The translations under genes were made by a program, and so were the position numbers. A stretch of DNA of 64,000 nt from Candidatus Bathyarchaeota archaeon. Its GTDB lineage: Archaea; Thermoproteota; Bathyarchaeia; Bathyarchaeales; DTEX01. Numbering within the stretch: the stretch's first letter is position 1; every line of letters starts with the position of its first letter. The stretch is taken from assembly GCA_963714275.1 (NCBI GenBank), contig CAVQNT010000006.1, positions 96,001-160,000 on the forward strand, given 5' to 3'. A model generated the notes under the pieces. It had not been told where the DNA came from. It saw only the letters and a list, made by a program, of their open reading frames with translations, and searched no databases. Of this stretch, positions 21,502 to 30,115 are shown piece after piece.

Positions 21502-22605
21502 TTAGAGCTTCAGAGCAGTCGATTTCGAGTTCTTCTCAACTTCCTCAGCCGTAACCTCTCTTCCCACTTGTCGGAAAGATAAATGCCTTCGCTGATCAGC
21601 ATTGTTTGAAGCGCAATCCTGTCCGTCGGAATCAAGGGAACGCGGTCTTTCAGAACAGCGACCCAGTGATGCTGCGGGGAATCGTATGCGTCCTCGGTTT
21701 CTCGGAGCTGATGCCACCGCCAATCTGCGCTGTCAATGTTGAAGGTTGCGTCCATGTCCATGTCGCCAGCTGAGGTGTGGAAGCTGAAGGGATTGAGCCT
21801 GACGCCGCCTTTGGAGCCTACGATGTAACTGCCTTCAAACGGGTTCAGGTGAATCGCCCAAGACTCGATGATGTCCAGCGTTAATCCTTCGCCGAATCGG
21901 ACTAATCCGAGTCCAAGTTCCTCCACGTTGTAGCCGCTGCTTTTGCGTCTGCCCTCGTCCATGTCAGTTTCCTGATAAATCTTGCCGCTGATGCGTTCAA
22001 CCTTTGGCAGGTCCAGCAAATAGTTCATCTGGGCAATGTGGTAGACGCCGACATCGTAGAGCGCGCCGCCAGGCTGAAATGTGCTTCTGCACGAAGTTGG
22101 TTGAACCGTAGCCGTCCACGAAGGGGCGTCCGCGACGACGGAAGCCAGTTGACCGCGCATGATATATGTGTCCAAGCCTGCCTTCGTCGATTAGGCGTTT
22201 AGCTGCCTTGGTCTCCTTCGCAAAGACCGTGCTAAGCTGGATGCTGAGTTTCCGACCGTACTTCTGCGCTGCGTCAACCATTGATTTAGCGTCAATGTAT
22301 GTGCCAGCCATAGGTTTCTCGCAGTACACGTTTTTTCCTGCCTTCAATGCTGCGATTGTGGCGGGCGCGTGCAGATTGTTATGCATACAAACATCTACCG
22401 CGAGAATGTCGTCTCTTTCCAGGAGCTCATGGAAATTCGTGTAGGTGGACGGAATCTTGAATTGTTCAGCGACTCTTTTCAGTTCAGCTTCGTTCACGTC
22501 TGCTGCGGCAACTACTTCCGCGTCTGGGATTTTCACGTAACTGCCAAGGTGGAACTTGCCGATTTGTCCCACGCCGATGACGCCGATACGAATTTTGGAA
22601 TCCAT
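21502..22605 (-). CDS. Gfo/Idh/MocA family oxidoreductase; two frameshifts
   Basis: [29 protein letters not shown]; C-terminus in ORF 21502-21723. Confidence 0.9.
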
Positions 22606-22780
22606 CTAATGTTTCTCTCCAAACCTTTCATTTCAAGGATTATGTGCATCTATTCTGAGGTAGGACTATTTTTAGATTTCCATCCAGAACAAGTCCATTA
22701 CCAAACAATTTTTTGGATTCCAGAAAGTTCCCTTTTTTGAGGGTAAATGTCGTTTGATTGTCGATGTATGCGGGTTCGAC

Positions 22781-22914
22781 TGGTCTGTTTTGTGTGACAT
22801 TCGAGTTTTTGTTTTGTGTAACAATACTGGAGCTTATGAAAATTGAACCGTTTAAAAGAACATTTGTTCCGCGGTTTTAGAACAACTGAACCGAATTTGT
22901 AGTTGGTTTCTGGG
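22781..22914 (-). repeat. Dispersed intergenic repeat, copy 2
   Basis: Ungapped inverted match to 63849-63982, about 112/134 by manual count, including an exact 27-mer TGTTACACAAAACAAAAACTCGAATGT. Confidence 0.9.
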
Positions 22915-22949
22915 CTGAACGGACTTTTAATAATGTTTTTCGTTATATT

Positions 22950-23484
22950 CTAGGTTTGCAGTTGGCTTTGTTTTTGTTTCAGTTTCCTGTAATGCTCTTT
23001 CACGAAATAATAGGGGTCATAGTTTCGTTTAGGGTCAAGCTCGCCCGCCTTCGCTGTGTTAGTTTTGCTCGAATACTCATAAAGGAAGGTGGGTTTCCCG
23101 AGTCTCTTCAGGAGCTCAAGGTTTTCGGCTATCACGCCACTGTTGTTCATCCACACGATAATCGCGGAGTCGCAGTCCTCAATCATTCTTCTTTCTCTTT
23201 CCTAAGTCCCGTCCATACTGAAAGTCTTTCCAGTTACCAGCGTTGTACCTTATTTTGACTGCGTGTCCAATGATGACATTTCGATATTCCTTGGATGCTA
23301 GGTAGTCTTGAAATAGTCTACATGCCCCAAAAGCCTCACCAACAATGATCGTCATTTCACGGGCAATAGCCTCATCAATCCTTTCTTTTACCTCAGCTGG
23401 CAGTTCCTTGGCATTAAAAGCGCTGCTTCCCATTAAAAGAAGCTTCTTCTTTTTAGGTTCTTCTTCCTCGCTCATTTGCATCAC
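22950..23484 (-). CDS. Hypothetical protein, probable SLOG-superfamily nucleotide-binding fold; frameshift near 23195
   Basis: LLLMGSS...IIVGEAFGAC...RRMIEDCDSAIIVWMNNSGVIAENLELLKRLGKP resembles the SLOG pattern (GS, GxAxGxD, NxxM, iv.W...S.GT). Confidence 0.55.
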
Positions 23485-23633
23485 CTATTTCGTTATGGTG
23501 AACTGCAATAGATACATACCACTGGTTTAATTCTTATAATTTTGTTTTAAGCTCATGCCAGACGAGTACTGACGTGAGGAAGCAACAATTTTTACTTAGT
23601 TTTCAAGTTTATTAAATAAAGTTTTAAATATTA

Positions 23634-23661
23634 GTATTACGAATTATTAAAAAAGTATTAC
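23634..23661. promoter_or_regulatory. Putative NikR operator GTATTA-N16-TATTAC
   Basis: Geometry matches the E. coli NikR site GTATGA-N16-TCATAC; lies just downstream of TTTTAAATA; nikR is nearby. Confidence 0.6.
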
Positions 23662-23717
23662 GAATATTTAACTTCGCAACCTATCCTAAACCCCAATCAA
23701 TATCGAGAGGTTTATAC

Positions 23718-24239
23718 ATGAGCAAGCCAAACCGAACTAAAGTCTTAGTTTTTGCGGCCTTGATGGCGGCCCTAACAAACATCCTTTCATTAGACTTCCT
23801 CGTCATACCCATCATCATCGGACCTTTTGCATCTAGAATCCACATAAGCCAGTTAGCCATATTGGTCAGCGGTACTTTCGCAGGTCCACTTTCTGGCTTG
23901 TTAACAGGAGCCATTGGCGGAATATACATGAGCTACTCAGTCAGCATTCCATTCTTAATTGGCGGTTTAGCCTTGCTCGGATTCTCCGCAGGACTGTTCA
24001 CTAAAAAGCTGAAACTGAGACCGTTTCTTTCATCAATTCTTGCTTGGTGCGTTCAGGCGCCCTATGTTCTCGTAACGGACTATGTCTGGTTTGTTTATTC
24101 CAGATTGATGCCCCCAGGGGTCGCCTTGACAGTAGTCACTACAATTCTCATAAACCTGACAGTGGAAACGATCATCGCCTCCATTTTAGCTGAAATAATA
24201 ATCCACTACCTAAAACGAACAGGATTAACCATCGGATAG
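23718..24239 (+). CDS. ECF transporter substrate-specific (S) component
   Basis: About 6 TM segments, AALMAAL (AxxxA) N-terminal motif, GPLSGLLTGAIG. Confidence 0.8.
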   Translation: MSKPNRTKVLVFAALMAALTNILSLDFLVIPIIIGPFASRIHISQLAILVSGTFAGPLSGLLTGAIGGIYMSYSVSIPFLIGGLALLGFSAGLFTKKLKLRPFLSSILAWCVQAPYVLVTDYVWFVYSRLMPPGVALTVVTTILINLTVETIIASILAEIIIHYLKRTGLTIG

Positions 24240-24601
24240 AATACAAGGCGTTATAACACGTTTCTATAACATGTTAAAGCTTTTATTCTTAGGTTCTAGG
24301 GTATCTGAGAATTTGATGTTTAGATGGACCAATTCGCCTTCATTAGTAAACATGGCGAAACAACTTTTCACCAAAGGTTTCAGTTATTCTAATCTTTTTC
24401 GAGCATAGATCATGCATGAATCAAGAGCAACCACAATGTTTGTGAGCTTTTACCATTCCAATCAAATCGCAAAGGGATGGCATGTTGAAAATTTGGAATA
24501 TTATCAACAAAAAACGAGTTTACACTCTCCATAGAGCAACAAAGACCATCATTTCAGTTATGTCATGTGTTTTAAAGTAAGTCATGCTGGACGCTTCATT
24601 G

Positions 24602-24629
24602 GTAACATGAATTTAGAAGTTCGTAACAT
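24602..24629. promoter_or_regulatory. Putative NikR autoregulatory operator GTAACA-N16-TAACAT
   Basis: Same 21-bp half-site period as 23634-23661; abuts TTTATTTATAAA upstream of nikR. Confidence 0.5.
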
Positions 24630-24674
24630 TTTATTTATAAATCTTTTATGTATAAACAATTTACTGTGAACAAA

Positions 24675-25093
24675 ATGGAATCTTCTATTAAAGGTGTGGT
24701 TCGGTTTAGCCTTTCCATTCCTCCTTCATTGTTGAGAAATTTCGACGAAGTTTGGAAGGTCAAGGGCTACGACAACCGGTCCCAGCTGCCCATGACGCTT
24801 TCCGCAGTTTCATAAGCGAGTATAAATTGGCTTTTAGCGACACTGAAGAAATTGCTGGAGCCATTATGTTAATCTACTATTTGGATAAGCCGGGTTTGTT
24901 GAACCAGATTGTCGAGATTCAACACGGCTTTGAAGGCATCGTCTCCTCCACCATGCACATCCACCTAGCAAAAAACAAATGCCTAGAAATAATGGCGGTC
25001 AAGGGAAAGGCAAAGGACATACGAGAGCTTGGTCAAAAACTCAGCACGCAGAAGGGCGTAAAAGAAATGAAATTAGCAGTCACTGCGCCATAA
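24675..25093 (+). CDS. nikR: Nickel-responsive regulator NikR (RHH plus metal-binding domain); frameshift near 24780
   Basis: Upstream frame MESSIKGVVRFSLSIPPSLLRNFDEV...GYDNRS joins ORF 24752-25093 with QH, MHIHL and CLE ligands. Confidence 0.85.
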
Positions 25094-25178
25094 TTAGGAA
25101 TTGATAATAAGGGCTCAAATTCCTTATAGAAAAGGTCTACTCACTTTATTTCCTTAAATGATTATTTTCTAATAATAA

Positions 25179-26615
25179 ATGAGGAGTGTTCGTATGAAAG
25201 GTAGAACAACCGTGATTCCTGAGGGACCTTTTCAGCCGAGTTGGGAATCGCTGGAGCATTATACGGTGCCGGATTGGTATTTGGACGCGAAGTTTGGGAT
25301 CTTCATCCATTGGGGTGTATACTCGGTTCCGGCGTTCCGAAACGAATGGTACCCAAGGAACATGTACCTTCAAAATCAACCCGAATACAAGCATCACTTG
25401 GAAACCTACGGTCCACATAAGCAGTTTGGTTATAAAGACTTCATTCCAAAATTTAAGGCGGAAAAATGGGATCCGAAAAAATGGGCTGAGCTTTTCAAAA
25501 AGTCTGGCGCCAAATATGTTGTGCAAGTTGCTGAACACCACGATGGCTTTGCATTGTACGATTGCACCTTTGGCAAGTGGAATGCAGTAAAAATGGGACT
25601 TAACCGTAACATTGTCGGCGAGTTAGCGTCAGCGGTACGTAAACAGGGATTGGTCTTCGGAGTTTCCTACCACCGAGCTGAACACTGGTGGTTCTTTGAA
25701 GGAGGTATGCAGTTCGATTCCGACGTGAAAGACCCCAAATACGCCAGCCTCTACGGTCCTGCAGAGCCCCAAAACACACAGCCTAACGAAGAGTTTCTTA
25801 ACGATTGGTTGGGGCGTGCCTGCGAATTGGTCGATAAGGTCAAGCCACAACTTTTCTATTTTGACTGGTGGATTGAGCAGTCAGTATTCAAGCCTTACCT
25901 TCAAAAGTTCGCTGCTTATTATTACAACCGTGGGAAGCAATGGAATCTTGGTGTTGCCATCAACTACAAGCATAATGCCTTCCCAGAATATGCTGCTGTG
26001 TTAGATGTTGAACGCGGAAAGCTAGGTACCTTGCGGCCATTGTTCTGGCAGACCTGCACCTCAATCTGTAAAAAGTCATGGGGTTACATCCGAGACCACG
26101 ACTACAAATCAGCAGGTTCCATCATAAGCGACTTAGTGGACATCGTAAGCAAGAACGGCTGCTTGCTTCTGAACATCGCTCCCAAGCCGGACGGCACAAT
26201 CCCAGAGGAACAACAGCGGATTTTGATGGAGATCGGTCAGTGGCTGGAAATCAACGGTGAAGCCATTTATGGGACCCGACCTTGGATAACCTATGGCGAA
26301 GGACCAACACGCACAATTAGTGGCGAATTTAAAGACACATCTGGCGAATCATACACTGGTCATGACGTCCGTTTCACAATTAAAGGCGACACTCTTTACG
26401 CTATAACTTTAGCTTGGCTTGGAGAGGAGATGGTCATCCAGTCGTTCAGCACGAATCTTAGAATCTATAATGGAGAGATAGCCAGCGTGCAATTGCTGGG
26501 ATCAGAAAAGCCAATTGAATGGTCCCGCAACGAAACTGGATTAAGGGTAAAAATGCCAGCTCAGAAACCATGCGACTACGCCTTCGTATTGAAAATCACT
26601 AAAAAGACACCTTAA
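25179..26615 (+). CDS. Alpha-L-fucosidase (GH29)
   Basis: WYLDAKFGIFIHWGVYSVP, AEHHDGF, YFDWW, LVDIVSKNGCLLLNI, NGEAIYGTRPW. Confidence 0.95.
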   Translation: MRSVRMKGRTTVIPEGPFQPSWESLEHYTVPDWYLDAKFGIFIHWGVYSVPAFRNEWYPRNMYLQNQPEYKHHLETYGPHKQFGYKDFIPKFKAEKWDPKKWAELFKKSGAKYVVQVAEHHDGFALYDCTFGKWNAVKMGLNRNIVGELASAVRKQGLVFGVSYHRAEHWWFFEGGMQFDSDVKDPKYASLYGPAEPQNTQPNEEFLNDWLGRACELVDKVKPQLFYFDWWIEQSVFKPYLQKFAAYYYNRGKQWNLGVAINYKHNAFPEYAAVLDVERGKLGTLRPLFWQTCTSICKKSWGYIRDHDYKSAGSIISDLVDIVSKNGCLLLNIAPKPDGTIPEEQQRILMEIGQWLEINGEAIYGTRPWITYGEGPTRTISGEFKDTSGESYTGHDVRFTIKGDTLYAITLAWLGEEMVIQSFSTNLRIYNGEIASVQLLGSEKPIEWSRNETGLRVKMPAQKPCDYAFVLKITKKTP

Positions 26616-26741
26616 AGAAAACCTTGAATATCATTGGATTATGTCCTGAATAATGTTAATCCTGAAAAGTGTATGGACCAGTAGTTTTTCTTAAGAATAT
26701 ACATGAATCTGAAACATCGAAAAAGCGCCAACTATATTGAG

Positions 26742-26816
26742 TGGACGAGGAGGGATTTGAACCCTCGACCTCAGCGATGCCAACGCTGCGATCATGCCAA
26801 ACTGATCTACTCGCCC
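26742..26816 (-). tRNA. tRNA-Ala(GGC)
   Basis: Cloverleaf GGGCGAG...CTCGTCC with G3:U70; anticodon stem CAGCG-TTGGCAT-CGCTG; GTTCAAATC T-loop. Confidence 0.95.
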
Positions 26817-26942
26817 GTTTCCTGTTTCTTCATAGAACTGTTTTTTTCGTGTTCTTAAGGGTTTTGCTGACCAATCATGCATGTTGACCGTTAAAAAACT
26901 TAAAATACTATGAGCCATTTTTTGGTTCTGAGGTTACTCGAT

Positions 26943-27834
26943 ATGAAAAAAGAAAAAATTGGTTTTATTGGCTTAGGCGTCATGGGCAAGCCTATGGCGA
27001 TGAACCTTTTGAACGCGGGCTACAAGTTAACAGTGTGGAACAGAACCAAGTCGAAGATGGACGACCTTTTGGCTGCGGGGGCTTCAGGGGCTAAGTCGCC
27101 CAGGGAGGTTGCTGAAAAATCCGATGCCGTCATTACTATGGTCACCGACTCCTCTGACGTAGAAGAAGTAATGTTAGGACCAGAAGGCGTGGTTCACGGC
27201 GTTCACCGAGGCTTAGTCGTAATCGATATGAGCTCTATTTCGCCAACCGTCACACAGAAAGTTGCCAACGAACTGGGGGCCAAGGAAGCAAAGGTTCTTG
27301 ATGCTCCGGTAAGCGGAGGCGAAATCGGCGCCAAACAAGCAACCCTTTCGATCATGGTGGGCGGAGCAAAAGAAACCTTCGACGAATGCCTTCCTATCCT
27401 GCAGGTTCTCGGAAAAAGAATCACGCACATGGGCTCGAACGGAATGGGGCAGACGACGAAGCTATGCAACCAAGTGATCTGTGCGCTCAACATTCAAGCC
27501 TGTCTGCGAGGGGCTGATGCTTGGCGCGAAGGCGGGGCTGGACCTTAAAAAACTCCTCGAAGTCGTAACTGCGGGCGCAGCGGGTTCGTGGATGCTTTCA
27601 AACTTGGGACCGAAAATCGTTGAACGCGACATGCGTCCTGGCTTCAAGATCAAGCATCAACAAAAAGACCTGAAGACCGTGTTGTCCTTCGCTTCTGAGC
27701 TGGGGCTTCCGTTGCCCGCGACAGCTTTGGTGCAGCAAATGTTTAGGGCGGTTGAAGCGGAAGGGCTGGGCGAACAGGGAACCCAAGCAGCCATCGTTGC
27801 CATGGAAAAACTGGCTGGAAAAAAGGTTAGCTGA
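26943..27834 (+). CDS. Beta-hydroxyacid dehydrogenase (2-hydroxy-3-oxopropionate reductase-like); frameshift near 27500
   Basis: IGFIGLGVMG, LDAPVSGG, GQTTKLCNQ, PGFKIKHQQKDL. Confidence 0.9.
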
Positions 27835-28009
27835 GAAACAACTGTGAAAAAATTATTTTTCCACGAGAATCCATGATTCATAATCAAATCATTATTAAGA
27901 TTCCTAACCTGACTGTTCATCAAAATAATGTCTGAGCGTTTTTGAAAATATTAATAAGTTTCTACTCGCTCAATTCAGTAACCTAACCCATAATACGGAG
28001 CAAATAAAG

Positions 28010-29392
28010 GTGGCAGCCAAAAAACCCCAAACGAAAATGCCTAAGCGCGATGTGGCTGAAAGGATTAGGTCATTCAAAGAGGTCGCCCTTGGCTACAAGG
28101 AAGCCGATGCTGCTGCTGAGGCTAACCGCTGCCTGCAATGTAAGGTTCCTAAATGCGTTGAAGGATGCCCCGTCGGCATAGACATTCCAGCCTTCATTAG
28201 GTATGTCCGCGAAAACAAATTCAGCGAGTCACTGAACAAAATTCGCGAAAAAAACAGTCTTCCCGCCATCTGCGGTCGAGTTTGCCCCCAGGAAGACCAG
28301 TGCATGGGCAAATGCATCTTAGGCGTGAAAGGCGAACCCGTCAACATCGGGGCTCTTGAAAGGTTCGTGGCTGACCAAGAAAACAAGGAAAAAAAGAAAT
28401 CTACTAAAAAGCCTTCAACGGGGAAACGGGTCGCCATCGTAGGGTCAGGTCCATCCGGGTTAACTGCAGCCGCGGAACTGGCAAAGATGGGGCATGAAGT
28501 CACGGTTTTTGAGGCTCTTCACGCTGCTGGCGGTGTCCTCATGTACGGAATCCCGGAGTTCAGGCTGCCGAAAGACATTGTCAGAGACGAGGTCAGATAC
28601 GTCGAAAACCTCGGCGCCAAAATTGAAACTAACATCATCGTCGGCAAAGTCATACAAATGGACGAACTCTTCAAAAACGGCTTCGACGCTGTCTTCGTAG
28701 GTTCAGGAGCAGGACTTCCGATGTTTCTGGGAGTTCCTGGCGAAAACTTGAGCGGAATCTACTCAGCGAACGAGTTCCTCATTCGGGTCAACTTGATGAA
28801 GGCTTACAGTTTTCCCGAATACGCAACACCTATTAAGGTCGGAAAAAAGGTAGTGGTAATCGGCGGAGGAAACGTCGCCATGGACTCTGCCCGTTCCGCT
28901 CTTAGGCTCGGAGGCGAAGTCACAGTCGTCTACCGCAGAACCGAGGAGCTCATGCCAGCGAGACGGGACGAGGTTGTCAACGCGAAGGAGGAAGGAATCA
29001 AATTCGTCTTCTTGGCAAACCCAGTGCGTTTCGTCGGTGACGAGAAAGGCTGGGTAAAAAAGGTCGAATGCGTCAGAATGGAGCTCGGAAAACCCGATGA
29101 ATCTGGGAGAATGAGGCCTGTTGTCATGTCTGGGTCGGAGTTCCTTGTGGACGCTGACACCGTTGTGGTGGCTATTGGACAAAAGCCAAACCCTCTTGCG
29201 GTTCGTGGAGAAGACGGGGTAAAGGTATCACCTCACGGCACGATTGTTGTCAACATTGAAACGGGCGAAACTGATATGCCCGGTGTGTTCGCAGGCGGAG
29301 ACATCGTAACAGACAACGCCACAGTGATTTCAGCAATGGCTGGTGGTAAAAAGGCTGCACAAGCCATCCACAAGTTTATCACGAAAAACTGA
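28010..29392 (+). CDS. NADPH-dependent glutamate synthase small-subunit-like oxidoreductase (NfnB/SudA type)
   Basis: RCLQC..CVEGCP, CGRVCPQEDQC, GSGPSG, YGIPEFRLP, GGGNVAMD, FAGGD. Confidence 0.9.
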   Translation: MAAKKPQTKMPKRDVAERIRSFKEVALGYKEADAAAEANRCLQCKVPKCVEGCPVGIDIPAFIRYVRENKFSESLNKIREKNSLPAICGRVCPQEDQCMGKCILGVKGEPVNIGALERFVADQENKEKKKSTKKPSTGKRVAIVGSGPSGLTAAAELAKMGHEVTVFEALHAAGGVLMYGIPEFRLPKDIVRDEVRYVENLGAKIETNIIVGKVIQMDELFKNGFDAVFVGSGAGLPMFLGVPGENLSGIYSANEFLIRVNLMKAYSFPEYATPIKVGKKVVVIGGGNVAMDSARSALRLGGEVTVVYRRTEELMPARRDEVVNAKEEGIKFVFLANPVRFVGDEKGWVKKVECVRMELGKPDESGRMRPVVMSGSEFLVDADTVVVAIGQKPNPLAVRGEDGVKVSPHGTIVVNIETGETDMPGVFAGGDIVTDNATVISAMAGGKKAAQAIHKFITKN

Positions 29393-29416
29393 AAAAGTAT
29401 TGTCTAGATAGACGCT

Positions 29417-30095
29417 TTAGATTCTTAGAATTACTTCGTCAACGTATTTTTTCATCGTTTGAGCGAAGGAGCCTATTACCTCTGGAGGATAGGGCTTTAG
29501 GCTGTTTAGTGTTTTGTCCAAGGTTTCTCCGGGAACAAACTGCTGGAAGGCGAACCGTTTTGCTCCTTTTACAGTTTCGCCCATCTTCGGGATGTCTTCT
29601 TCCGTGACGATTGTTGGGACAGTCGTGTTTCGAAGTTCGTAGTCCACTTTTCCTTTTTTCAGAATTTCCAAGTCTACGTAGAAGGTTACGCGTGTCATCT
29701 GTGCCCATGAGACTGTATTTTTCCAGCGAGGTTTTAAAATCCATAGCAACGTAGTCAAGACTCGGTAAACACTTTTCTAAAACTTGGGGGAAGAAACCGT
29801 TTGTGTCCAGTTTCACCGAGAATCCTTCATTCTTTAGCAGTAGAACAAAAGTAGGCAGGTCATCATTTAATGCTGGTTCCCCGCCCGTAATGACCACTGC
29901 GTCCACGTACTTTTTTCGGGACCTAAGAATTTTGAGCGCATCCTCTTCCAAAAGAAAGGGAGGCTTAGGGTCTATAATGAGCCGTCCGTTGTGACAAAAA
30001 GGGCAGCGAAGATTGCATCCTACGGTAAAGAGTACGCTGGAAATTTTGCCGGGAAAGTCTATTAGGCTTGTCTTCTGGAAGCCTCCGAACTTCAT
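29417..30095 (-). CDS. nrdG: Anaerobic ribonucleotide reductase activating enzyme; frameshift near 29675
   Basis: SLIDFPG, GCNLRCPFCHN, ITGGEP, KLDTNG, YELRNTTVP; directly downstream of nrdD. Confidence 0.9.
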
Positions 30096-30115
30096 GTGCC
30101 CTTTTCCTTCTAGAG

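Noticed and set aside
22670-22740. TTCCAG-containing motifs as ORB elements of a replication origin
   Set aside because: They do not match the TTCCAGTGGAAAC plus G-string consensus, and there is no cdc6/orc1 in the window
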